A stretch of DNA of 63,705 bases, filler included, from Choristocarpus tenellus KU-1152 (GCA_964200185.2; 11 parts of 11 records of this genome joined end to end with filler, not necessarily neighbours in it), one strand, 5' to 3'; numbered from the whole stretch's first letter, positions 49,950 to 62,752 are shown. Program-made: numbers and translations. The notes: generated from the sequence alone by a model not told the origin.

Positions 49950-52410
49950 CTGTCATACATTTAAGCAAAAAAAAAAATCACTACTAATCATTATTACTTG
50001 TATAAATAGTAGCGCAAAAGAGTTCGTGTAACTATCTACCCACCAGGAATTTTCCCTTTCGGCATAAAAAAAATTCCTGGAGGGAAATGCTTGCGTTCAT
50101 TGTTGGAAAACAATTTTGTCAGTCGAGGTTAAGCCGGGTGGGTCCAGAGCGGTAACTGCAATATCACACACCACACGCTACAGCACAAAGGAACTTTTTT
50201 TTTTTCTCCAACAGAAACGGCAACAACGCAGATTAAAAAAAATTATGTCAAAATAAAATAAAAAATGTTTTTGATAACAATGCATTATAGGTATAGTCCT
50301 AGAAGAGTGAACCAGGGAAGGAAAAGAAAGGAGTGACAATCGTGTTGATTGACCAAGGGGTCGTCACTCATTATCATCAACAAAGTGCTTGACTACTTCG
50401 CCACAGTCAACACACTTCAACTCTGCAGCAGCAAAAACACAAACAACACATCACATGTACAATAATAACAAAAAATATCTACGGGGTTGCTCTTGTCACT
50501 CTTATACGTGCGCATTTTATTCTCGTATCTACAACCCATACGATGAACAAATTTTTCTTAGCATTTTCCTTGGACCGTACTACACTACTCCATACAGCCC
50601 AATTGGTGGACAGTTAGGCTTCACTGCACATAGATTGATTACCACAAATGCTACAGATAAATATCCACCCCTTCAAACCTTTTATTCCCGAATAGACTAT
50701 CGCAATGGACACAGAAAGAGATCCATGAATCCAACCATACACAAGGAGGAAAGGAAGGAACAAATGGAGACTCTACATATCACACCACCTACACCCAAGT
50801 CTTTTTTTGTCTGTGTATACACAGTCCGTGGGGCGGGGCAGTGGGGCGGGGCAGTGGGATCGGAAAGAGCNNNNNNNNNNNNNNNNNNNNNNNNNNNNNN
50901 NNNNNNNNNNNNNNTTAATTAATTAANNNNNNNNNNNNNNNNNNNNNNNNNNNNNNNNNNNNNNNNNNNNAAACAAACACCCCACAGAGGCGTGGGCCCC
51001 CAACCCTACCCCCAACCCGAAGGGCGTGTGCGAAAGGCCCCCGGAAACCCCCCCCCCCCCCCCCTAAAGAATTGTTCCGGAACTATTTTGCAGTCAGCTA
51101 AATGCAATCATTTAAATGAGGGCAGTTACAATCAGTAGCTATTCACCACTGTCAAGTAATAAAAAGGTTAGAAATGGATTCCATCCAAAACCATCACCTT
51201 AAGTGCACATCCCAACCTCTTACAAAGCCTCACGCCTTGAACCAGGCACTGTAACCCCAACAGTGTTTCACTCATGCGTCTCCCCATCGGAGGCAGTATA
51301 CTGACTCAACATTCAACATTCAACATTTATCCCCTGGACAAAGCAACACGGTAGACCTTGGGCGGCAAAGACATACTGGCCCAATCCTTCCATTTATCCA
51401 CACCTGTCAATCATCTGCAGTTCATAAAACTGGAACCATTTGAGATCAATGTCCATTAAACGGATCGGTACAATATTGATAATGATGTCTTTTTTAAGTG
51501 CTAACCCTAACCCTAACCCTAACACATAGTCCCAAAGCCAAAAACTACACATGAGACCCTTCCACCAACAGCAATGGGGGGGGGGGGGGCACATCCCTCA
51601 CTGTTAAGGGCAGAGTTTGAACTAAATCTTGAGGTAACCTTTGATGTCAGCTTGACCACTCCCCTCTCTCCCCTTTTTGGGCACTGTCCCTGAAGGTGAG
51701 AACAAACAAGAAATGTTGCTAGAGGACATCGCTGAACCTGAGATAGTCCCCCCTTCCGAGACTATTGGAAAGGTACTGAGGAGCCCCTTTCAGTTCCAAG
51801 ACAAGCTCCATTCAGAAACACTAAAGCTTGACAAGATTCCTCTGTTTCCATCACTTCCATCACCAAGTTTCCACTCTACCTTTCCTCCCTCAGCCTCCTA
51901 AACAGCAACCCCAACCCCAACCCCACCAATACTTGACTATTGAACACCAGCACAGCCTTTAAAATGCACACCATGGCCTTCAGCCTTCAAGAACAAAAAA
52001 CAAACTACATCCAATAAAAACCACAGCAACCAGTCTGGGTGATATCCCTGTTTGTTTTGATCCTCATCGACTATCCACTATGTACAATGTACACTATGTG
52101 CAGGCAACCCATTGACTACCCATTGGCCAATCAATCAATGGCACAGAGATAAAAAGGACAACACTGAATGCTCACCTGCCATACATATAGCAAAACACTT
52201 GTCCCCATACATTCAATGCCAACGAGCATTACGGTCTTTGCCATACCACGTGAGGACGATTCGACACTAACATTAGCACACCATAGCACACCTTAGCACA
52301 CCCATGGTACAGCACCATCATCATCAGTCCTATCTCCAGACTATAGCCCTACCCTAACCCTAACCCGTAACAGATCTCAGTAGCAGTCAGGCACAGGCAC
52401 TATTACTCAC

Positions 52411-55400
52411 CCATAAGTCCTGAGAAGCGTTTGAAGGTTCTTGGAATACGGATTTGAGGGTTAACCTCTATGAGAACATTGAGATTGGTGTGGATGTATA
52501 CCTTGTCCCGGAGGAAGCAACAGAACAGATCAGAATAGAATAGAACAGAGAGCATCAGTGTTAGGGTTGGGGTTAAACATGGAGTTTTTTTGTTTCAAAA
52601 ACAATAATCTTAAAAAAAAAGGACATTTCCCTGTTACTTCCCTTATTTTTCCGATGCAAATATTGGGGAAAAGTTATCCCTAGATGAGTACAAAATTCTC
52701 ATTGTATCACCACTTCCAATGAGGGGGCACAACTCTGAGTCTCTCCAATGTCCAGGGATGAGCAGTCTACGTCACTTTGATGCAGATATTAATATATCCA
52801 ACAGTCCACATATACAACCAACTCCACATGAGGTAGTGAAGGTCCCAAACTGTCTTCAACTTTCCCTAACCCCAACCATAACAAACCATCCCATTTTCAT
52901 TCTATTTCATCTTCAACAAAAATTTCAAAACCCAAAAGTAAAATGCTAGGACTACCGCCGCCCACCTAGTTCAGCAGATCCTCAAAAAATGGGTCCTAAA
53001 CTACTCTGGTGTCAAAAAAGGATCCAAGGTGTAAGCTCACCAGGTCACATTAGTGCTAGTGTTCAGTTCCAATTCCACAATTCAGTTCCACAATTCCACG
53101 AAAGCGTAAACAAACAAAATAGGTGCACTGTGCCAGGCAGTTCTAATAAGGTAGAAAGAAAAAAAAAGATCAATACTGTTATCTCTGTGAGGTACAAAGT
53201 CCAGGCAAAAGTAACATGCCCGTTTCGCAACATGGGGAATGCAACTGGATCTGATATCTGATATGGAGAAGGTATTTGGAATAAGTAAGAGCAGGAGCAA
53301 ATCATTGAGCCCGTCTATTGCTACCATTGTTGACGACCATGGTTGACGAGAGCTTACCTGTTACACATTGCATTAACCAAAAAAAAAATTTACGACATTG
53401 AAGGAGAAATAAAAATACTTTTGTAACGTTGACAAATGCTGTACACGCAAGCACATCGATACTGAAGGTATCACTTGAGGCACAGTGCTGGCGTGAGGTC
53501 TATCTAGGGTTAGGGTTGTCTTGCGAGAAAATACAGCAGTGAAAAAAAAACAAAAAACCCCCATGCAAGTCTAGATGATGCCATTGCCAGAGCCCCGACC
53601 TCAAACGTGACCTTTAGACCATTAGGAATCAAAGGTTCAAAGCATTGCCTAGAAACGCCTTACGTGGGTACAAAGGATGCAATCTATGGTTTCATTTCCT
53701 CTTCTCACGTAGCCCATGGATGGTGTGAGTCAAACTGAGTCAGTAGGTGCTATAAATGTTTCTCCTCAACTCAGTCCTGAAGATTGTATAAAGTAGTGCA
53801 TATCTCACAAAGTAGAGGTCCTAACCCAAAGCACCACTCAGGCAGGACATGGCCATTTTATTTTGACAGATACATGGGAAGTAAGAGTCAGAGTATCTTA
53901 GACGGCAGAGCCACGTCCATTTGGAGGTCAAAATCCAATGTTGCGATTTTGACGTAATTTTGGCTATCATGTTTGTTAGGAAGTGTCAATATCTATGTTT
54001 CGGACACACTTTTTCATAATGGATACATTTTACCTACTCCTAAAAATTTTGGAGTAGGAAAATGTCATAAAAAATCCCATGGGATTCAAGTCCCAAATGG
54101 ACAAACAGGGAAAAACTCACACTTTTTCATAATGGATACATTTTACCTACTCCTAAAAATTTTGGAGTAGGAAAATGTCATAAAAAATCCCATGGGATTA
54201 AAGTCCCAAATGGACAAACAGGGAAAAACTCGTACCCTAACCCTAAGATACTTTCACTCGTAATCTTGATAAACTGTGCAGATATAGATGCGCCATGGTA
54301 CTCTCTGAAATTTCACACCTCAACTCCCGAGAAAGGTCACAAGCGTCATTATGACAACTGGAGCACCGCAGCCCACCGTGCACTACCAGGCTCATCTATG
54401 CTATTGAGATACAGACAGCAGACACATCGTGTCAGTAATATAGACTGAAAATACCAAAAGAATGGGAGTTTCTCCCGCCAATTCATCTAGGTTCTCCAGT
54501 CAATACATCAGCCCTCTATGTACCATCACCTTTGCAGGGAGTACACACACACATAGTTCTATCAAGTGGCGTAGTTCATAGGGCGGGAGTTGGGCGTGCG
54601 GCCATGATAGGTTTGGACCAAGCACTGGGCTTCACCTGCAGCTTGCCAGCTTTGTTGAGTGGACTGTCCAGCAGAGCCAGTAACTCCTGCATGACGGTTG
54701 ACAAGCGTCGACAACAGAGTTGCAATAGTGTCGGGTCATGCTTAGAAAATTGCGAGGAGATGGGAAATGATATATATTCTAAGAGGACCGTCTTAATCAA
54801 AACCACGAACATCTGACCCAATACCTGACAAGATCCGACACAGGATAGCACATCACTGAAGATGAAGGACAAGTCGTGAGATTCAGAACACACTCTGTCT
54901 TTCTCAGGGTCTCACATGGGCTTACCTGGTGAACAATGTCAGGGCGCAAATCTTTGGGGTCTTTTCCTGACTTCTTCGTCACTAAACTGCGGTGGTCGTC
55001 ACAATTGAGTAACTGGAAGTCCCCCTTCCTGGTCTTGACCGTCTCCAACGATGCCTGTTTCCCATGGCATCGCAGGATCGCAAGATTTAGAAAAGTTGTA
55101 CAACAAGACAAATAATATTAATGTCTTGCATTCGACGTCGACATAAACTTAGTAACGTGCTGTGGTGATCAGCAAATCAGGTTTGCTACATAAATCGCAG
55201 CATGGGGGCAAAGAAAGCCATAAGACAAATCCGCACGCTTCCCATCAAATTAGAAGCAAGCCTCAGACTAAGCAAGGATTCTACTTCGTCTTCAATCTGC
55301 TTATGTTCCCTAAAGAGGGTAATCGTGGCCCCTGATTAAAGAGGGTAATCGTGGCCCCTGATCCATCTCTTTGTCTCCTCCACACTTACCCTTTGAAGGA

Positions 55401-55512
55401 CGACAATCACCCTCCGACCCTCGCACCTCTCCGTGAGTGTGGAAGGAACTGAAGGAGCGAGGGATTCATCACCGGATGATGCAACAGCTGTACCAGATCC
55501 AGCACTTTCCAT
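52411..55512 (-). CDS. EMG1: 18S rRNA pseudouridine N1-methyltransferase Nep1/Emg1, 5' exons
   Basis: Exons 55512-55390 (M…RRVIVVLQR), 55054-54926 (ASLETVK…LLNCDDH…RPDIVHQ), 54686-54636 ([17 protein letters not shown]), 52501-52411 (VYIHT…[21 protein letters not shown]). Confidence 0.96.
53885..54259 (+). mobile_element. MITE family A with internal 113-bp tandem duplication, in an EMG1 intron
   Basis: GAGTCAGAGTATCTTAG … CTAAGATACTTTCACTC; 4-bp TSD GTAA; 54005-54117 is repeated at 54118-54230. Confidence 0.94.
55311..55362. repeat. Perfect 26-bp tandem duplication in EMG1 intron 1
   Basis: TAAAGAGGGTAATCGTGGCCCCTGAT x2. Confidence 0.95.
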
Positions 55513-56484
55513 GGTTCAAACAGGACAGATCCTGATATAGTTGAGAAAGTGGGTAGGATTAAAGGGTACAATGTGGGGTGAGGAGTCTATGGCTTGGGAA
55601 GGCGTTCTTTGGGCGTTTCAAGGATTTTGAATCTTCGCACTACTCACCTTTTTCACACAACAAAACGACCAATCAAATCCTGTTATGTAACCCAACCCAC
55701 GACCAACTACGCCCGAACACATAGTAAACTGGAGGTCAAACAATTCAGAACTATGACAACCCTGACAGTGCAGGTCGCCCCAGAAGCACTTGCCCGAGAG
55801 AATGCTCTCAGTTCGCCATGCCTTTCGTCCCCAGCAAGAATTTCCTAACGGTAAATATCCTCGTGAAAAATGACTCTTCACTCTGTGCCTGCTGTGAAGA
55901 AGCAATCTTTGCTGCACAGTAATAATCACTGTTTAAGCCTAATGCCCCTAATGTTTGTACCTGTAAACCCTTGAAGAAGGTCATGACATATGCTGCCGCA
56001 AAAATGCAAGAATCGTCGCGATTCAAGCAATCCATTTCTGCCTCCCCAGGGGACGAGTACACAAAGGCAATCCTCAGGGGCAGGCATCCTCGATCGTTTC
56101 CATTGGAACGAGGAATATTCCAGTATGTGTGAGTTACATGTGTTGATCTCTCAAGCAATCACCTACCGATTCGAAATCTGAGATCCCGGCCAAAAAGGTT
56201 CTCCTACTTGGCTTCATTCTCACGATCGCATAGTATGTCCAACCAAGCCAAACGAGGAACAAATGTCCTTAGCCCTTCCCACAGTAGTATTTCCTTTTGT
56301 TCTTCATTCTCCCCAATTTCAATCATCTAGATAGTCTACGGTCAAAACCTCCTCTCTCCCCTGGTTATTCGACCCCCTTGCCGTCCTTGGAATCGATCGC
56401 AGAAATGAATCAAACGAATTAGCAAATCGTTGTCAGAGGGGACTAGGGTTCACGAAAGAAAGCTATGGCCTTCCAACTGGTTCT

Positions 56485-59400
56485 ATGGCGCAATGGGACT
56501 CTTCCTCTACCTCCTCACATTCGTCGGGCAGTGACTCAATAACCGAAAATCATCATGGAACACAGCAGTCACACTTAGCGACACCTCGTGGGAGTCCAAC
56601 AGTGCTTGGTCTTGGTATCTTGACCAACGGTGGTGGTCCTCAACAAAAACGTCGAAAACGCAGCGGCCCTCTTGGAAACTATGTTGTCCACTGGGGTAGA
56701 CGAAATGAGGACCAAGACTCTGGGTGCTTGTTCACAACGGGAAATCTGAGGCGAATGCATGGGCAGAGCAAAGGCGATGCTCTTGGTAGCAATAGAGGGA
56801 AGCACCATTCGCCAGGGATGTCTGTTGTTCGTCAACAATACAAATCAATGATGGGTATTCAACGAGAGGAGGTGCCCTGTGAGAAGCAAGCGGTGGAGGA
56901 CACTCTCAATGACAATGCATCCCTGTTGCTGCATTATGGGCTCAAGGTCACACTCCAGGCAGTACAGGGGGAGGATGACTCCTTCATTGCTCTCGACATG
57001 GAGACCGGGTACGTGTCAATGCGACCATTAAGGGATCTTGAAGAAAAGCACAATGCCACTTTCAAGCTCATTGACCTAGAAGAACCTGCATCATTCCGCT
57101 CAATACTCTACGGTCAATCAGTGTGGCTACAGATTGTTTCTGGACCAGGAGAGCCAACGTGGAGGCAAGGAAGTGTGCTTGGGGCAAGGGTCCACGGGCC
57201 AGGGATCCTCCCAACAGTGGTGGTGGAGATTGATGATTCAAAACCTATGTCAAGTAGTCAAAGACCAACGACCGCCACTCCCCTTGCAGAGCACCAAGGC
57301 TCAATAGGATCTGTGCATGACCTCCTTATACGGCGTGAAGGCGGTAGAGATGTAGAGAGCGGAAGTTCTCCCTCAAAGGGCATTTGGAGGGCAAAGAATG
57401 GGGTACAGCCTGGTAGTAGAATTGTCAAGGATAACAATGACCCAAACCGTGAAGTGGGGGTGCCCTTCCCGTTTAAGGCTGCGTCTTCCAAGCCTGGGGA
57501 TGGCAATGGTGCTATGAATGAGACCTTTGTGCGCCTCCTAAACAAGAATGCTGTTGTCAATTGCAGGTGGATAGTTCGACCTGTTCACCCAAATGGTCGA
57601 TCCAAACCTGAGAAAATGGGGCATGAGGTGGCTAACATGGACTATATCTACCTAGAACAAGTAAGTGATGCGACTAATCTTGAGTCAGTAGTTCATATTA
57701 CATTAATCTTTGCTAAGTAATTGTTTCCATCAGGTCGGTCAGAGGTCGTTCCTCTCTGCCAATTGTTGAGGTCTGACTGATATTGTGGTACGGACTTTCA
57801 CTGCAGATTCCAACAGAATTGTCAAATTTGTCAACCTGGCAATTTACTCCCTTCCAATCCCTTCACAAACACCGAAACAAGCCTAGTTTCTCAGAAACCT
57901 TCAAAACGGATACTTGTAATTGTATAGCTCCATCCAGAGCCATGTAGGGTGCAGACTAGCATTTGGGAGGACAAGGACACTTTCATAATGCTATGGTTGG
58001 CAACTTTAGAACATCCACAGAATCAATCCTCTGCTCTGCCCCTCACCTACCTTCACCTGCCAGGACTTCTTCTACATTACGAGGGTTAGTCAAGGCAGTC
58101 AGGTTGCCCTCAAAGCCCTTTGTCAGAAGACTAATCTCTGTAGCAAAGGGAAAATGGGGAGGAATACAAAGCAGTATCCTGTTGAGCGTAGGGGCATCTT
58201 CCGGCTCAGGATTTCTGACGCAGATGACTTGGGGCCGGCGGGGGAGGAGCGTTCTGCTGCCCTGATGCGCAAGGCTAAGAAGGGATTGAAGCGTTCTGAA
58301 GCCATTCGTGATGGGCACAAGTGCTACATGCACTGTGGCCAACATGGTGACTCACTCACAAGTGGGACCATGTTCCCCCAGCAGATACGAACAAACACAA
58401 GCAAATTCATAGCCTCTTCTGAGATGAAGGCAATATCGAGGCAGCACTTGGCACGCCTCAGCAGTGTTTTATTGCCACCCTCTGAGGGCGAAACCTCCCA
58501 TTGGGTGCCAGAGGGTGATAGAAGAGAGGTAAAGGGGGGAAAGGATTTGATGGAAGGGGATAATGTGTGCACACTAGAGGGAGACAACGATGGAGATAAG
58601 GTTTGTCCTCGGCAGAGGGTACATTGGTGGGGTAGTAGCACCACCTTTGACATGTGGGTAGCTGCCCATGCCCCTATAGGAGAGAGAGTGATAGCAAGAC
58701 ATGCCAGCAAAATGCGATCATGGAGGTCCCAGTGGGGTGACCCTAGATCAAGGCAAACAAACGTTAATGATGGTGATGAAGAGAGCAGTCAAAGGAAGGT
58801 TTCACTTTCACCAATCTGCTCTTGGTGCCGACTCGCGGAGCAGCCACGTGTTGGCTTCTGCATGTGCACTGTTATTCGAGACATTCAGAGGCAGGTTTTT
58901 GAGGATAACATCAAACAACTCGATCCACACTACCATCCACCCTTTGAGGGGAATGTGCTGAACGATAGGATGGCCGGGGAAGGGGGGGAAGGGGGGGTCT
59001 ATATCAGGCCAGCGGAAGACTTTGAACTAAGGCCCATATCAGCTGCAAACAGTACCAGGTCCAGCACCAAGTCCACTATAGGGAATGGCACAACAACCAG
59101 CAGTGAGGCACACAGGTGCACAGTACCAGGTTCGTTCTCTCACGTGGCAGGTCACAAGATCTTGGATCAAGCTGGGATGATATCCACCTCTCAATCGCCG
59201 TCGATCATGGGTGCCAGCACTGGAAGTGTAGTGAGACGAGCAAGAGAAAGGCGTATTGATCGAGGTAGGAAGAAGGACCCTTTTGATGCTCTTGAGGAGA
59301 GACTTCTTGACAGCTTCAATCCGGAGAATATCAAGCTACAGCTTTCCCGACAAGATGAAACCATCCTAAAGGGGGTGAGCTGTTTGTATAGGGGTATATA

Positions 59401-59713
59401 CACAAGCAACATAGATGGAGAACATACCTTTTTTTGAGAAATTGTTGATATTGAACATTGGAGGTTGATACCTGTACCAATGCACACCTCACTAAGGATA
59501 TCAGCTACATTATGTCCACCAACAAATCGCCCTCAGTAAGATCACCCAAAAAAATTGAAAAAGATAAAGGTTTCGTAACCATCTAGTTGTCCCTTCATGC
59601 AACAAAGCAATGGGCCTAGTCATTTGGACATCCTTTGTACAAGAACTACTTTGAAGTGAAAATTTTGAGTGCCAGTTGCTCTTGATGAGTTTTCCCTACA
59701 GGAAATTGCATAA
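56485..59713 (+). CDS. Uncharacterised protein, ~830 aa
   Basis: Large exons 56485-57660 (…YIYLEQ|gtaagt) and 58064-59374 (cag|DFFYI…ILKG|gtgagc) join in phase 0; probable last exon 59702-59713 (EIA*). Confidence 0.75.
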
Positions 59714-60304
59714 TAGACAGATTGCTCCTTCGTGGTGACCATTTCGCAGTGTGGTCCCCTCAGAAGTTCTAAACGAACTTTTTCCTTCCTGAGGCAGTCG
59801 CCTTAATGCTGTCTGCGTGGGTTACATTGACGATTTTAGGTGACCCATTTTGTTTTGGATTGAAAAAATTTCCTGCTGGTTTAGTCACACAGTGTAGTTG
59901 TTGTCTGGACCGTGATGACTATTTCCTAAGCTTCCTCAAGAGAGTTGATTCTGAGTGACTGGGTGAGGTACAAGTTCTTACGAACATCTGAGAGGAGGCA
60001 AGGTGCCACAAGTGAAATTTGTCTGTGGTTTGCGGCGATGGTATGACCGAATCAGTCCTGTTCTAGCAAAGATGTGGTCTTGTAGTCTGTAAACTTCTCT
60101 CGCCTCCCAAGTATTGTCCAAGCCTGTTTCACAGCATACAAGTTCTTACCCTTGTTCCCATTCTCCCAGTAGAATTATGTCCAACCCTGAAATTTGGTTG
60201 GCATGTGCTGTTTTCAATGAATTCGTCACCTGTTTGCTCTGGTCTGCAGGAGAGAAAAAACATTGCAGCTGCAAGGAAGGTACTGTTGGGGGGTAGTTCC
60301 CAAT

Positions 60305-60564
60305 TGCCAAAGCATTTAAGAGGGTAGGGCCGTGTCCGTTGAGGATCATAAATCCCATATTGCAATTTTGATGAATTTTGGCTATCAAGTCTGTTAGCAA
60401 GTGTCAATATCCTTCCTGTGGACACACCTATTATAGTCATATACAACTTAGGCACCTACATTCTCACAAAAAACCGAAGAAGGGCATAAAAAACCCGTGG
60501 GAAGCCAACCAAGCCCTGAACGGACAAACAGGGCAAAACTCACACCCTCTTAAATGCTTGGAGT
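60305..60564 (+). mobile_element. Diverged MITE A subfamily
   Basis: Interior aligns to family A; TIR core AAGCATTTAAGAGGGT … ACCCTCTTAAATGCTT. Confidence 0.85.
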
Positions 60565-60801
60565 CAGCACCAAAAGAAGTTGAGAGAGATGAAGGTCAGT
60601 TGTTCCAACGTTCACCTACAACTTTTTGTTGACCATCTACTCTCAACACCCCATATTATGTAGTATACCCCCTACATTGTTTTCTGGGTCAAAGTATCTT
60701 GNNNNNNNNNNNNNNNNNNNNNNNNNNNNNNNNNNNNNNNNNNNNTTAATTAATTAANNNNNNNNNNNNNNNNNNNNNNNNNNNNNNNNNNNNNNNNNNN
60801 N

Positions 60802-60971
60802 GGGGGGGGGGGGGGGGTTGGCAACTGTTCATTTGGAGTCAATTTTTTCATGTCGCAATTTTTGGGTGATTTGGTTCCATATGTTGGATGGATAATGAAA
60901 GTGCACTTTTCATGGTTTTGGTCCAAATGGACACCTCTGGTGTAGACCCCCCCCCCCAGATACTTTGGGTC
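60802..60971 (+). mobile_element. MITE family B at contig start
   Basis: poly-G…TTCATTTGGAGTCAATTTTTTCATGTCGC…CCCCCCAGATACTTTGGGTC. Confidence 0.9.
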
Positions 60972-61428
60972 AATTGAAGTGCAAGAATCAGTGCACCAAA
61001 GTCCTTACCCCACTCCCACACAATGGTTTCTTCTTTTCCAAAATTCAAATGATACAGCTTGACACAACATGCACAATCTGAACAAGGAAGCGCTGACCAT
61101 CATCCTTGAACAACACACACACACACACACACAGAGCCCTAACCCTAACCCATGTGCCAACAGCAAACACCTAAAAAAATATGTCAAACTCCGCACTCCA
61201 TGCAAAAGAACACTTTGCAGGTCACAAGCATTAAAACACAAATATATACATACACATATATATATATATATATACACACACACAACGATATCAATACATA
61301 GCCATAGTACATGCGTATCAGAATGAATCAGGAACGAATACCCTTACACACTCACAGCAAACCCATGAAAACCACTAGAAAACAAAACACAAAACACAAC
61401 ACAACACAACACACACAAAAGAACGTAC

Positions 61429-62452
61429 CTTGTTGCCATCGGACTCCTGTAACGCCTGACTATTGACCGCCCGTAGATCGTTCCGAGCATTTTCCAAGGC
61501 TATCAAATCTTCTTCCAAAGACCTATCAGTTGACACTTGAAACGCCTCCAGGCTAGTTCTGGTCTCCTTCTCAGAATCAATCAGCATTCGCAGGACCACC
61601 TAGGTTTTGCCGCAGAATATTTTTCAGTTTCAGTTTCAGTTCCAGGTACCAGTCAATATCCAATATTTTTTGTTTATTTATTTTTGACGGTAAAAAGGTA
61701 AAAATAAAATAAAACAAAAGATAAAAGATTGGTACAACAGTACCTTTTTTTGAGTGTCTAGATGAGGGTACTGTAGACATAGCCAATTTCAGACTTCTGG
61801 TCAGATGGCACAGTAGACAATAGTACTCAAAATAGTACTCACAAATGACACAAAAGAAACCTGTATCCTCTCCACCCATAACACCAAAACCACACCACAC
61901 CACCCCACCCCCCCACCTCCACAGAGACAAGACAGATGTCATATCATAATGGAAAAACAAATAGTGAAAACCTGGACATTATTCTCCTTACTATCCTTAT
62001 CGTGTGGTCTCAAAAATAAATATATATAGATATAGATATACTCGAATTCTTCAATCCTTACTATTCCGTACTCCCAAGAAAAATTAAAAACTAGTTTTTA
62101 AATATTTGCCCTTCTCTCTCTCTGCAGGTAGTCTCTTATCTCTTAGAAGTCCTTACAGCATGATCATTTCTTTAAAATGGAGAATACGCCCTTATACAGA
62201 CGTAAAAAACCTCACGGGACGTTTGTGTACCATACTGCTACCACTATCCGGATGGGCTAACAATACCCAACTTCAACTTCAACTTCAATGAGTCAAGACC
62301 TGCCGGTCTGTTTCAAACAAAACATACCGTACATTGCAATCAATATCATACTGTTTCTTCTGTGCAATTTCAACTTCAACTTCAACTCACCTCACTAAAA
62401 ATAACACATCCATTGCAAAAAAATATAAAATGAAAAATTACGTATTATCTCT

Positions 62453-62492
<40 letters not shown>

Positions 62493-62752
62493 CACACCTG
62501 AAGGTGATCACTAAATGCCCTAGCATGCAGCACCCTTTCCCTCTCACTCTCCCACTGACGCAGCGATGGCGGAAGCACCATATCCACGAGTGACTGTCCT
62601 CTTTCCTTCCCCTGGTGGGGCATCCTTTTCCCCTTCCCTAACCCTAACCCATCTCCTCCAACCGATAAGGATGGGGTACGTGTGTTCTTACACTGATCCA
62701 ACTCAGAAGGGTCGGGGTTGGTAGGTATAGGAACCTCCAGAGCAGCCGCAAG
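61429..62752 (-). CDS. Internal exons of an uncharacterised, probably coiled-coil protein
   Basis: Phase-0 exons 62752-62498 and 61599-61429 (LRMLIDSEKETRTSLEAFQ…LEEDLIALENARNDLRA) with AG/GT boundaries. Confidence 0.65.
62455..62488. repeat. (AG)n microsatellite
   Basis: Perfect AG run. Confidence 0.95.

Noticed and set aside
55808-56158. 116-aa ORF between EMG1 and the orphan gene
   Set aside because: Non-ATG start, no motif, no supporting splice chain.
59677-59995. Two C/D-box snoRNA-like units (TGATGA…CTGA)
   Set aside because: The first overlaps the probable last acceptor and exon of the orphan gene. The second lacks a terminal stem, and its imperfect rRNA-like complementarity does not fit the D+5 rule. 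A snoscan/Infernal run would settle it.
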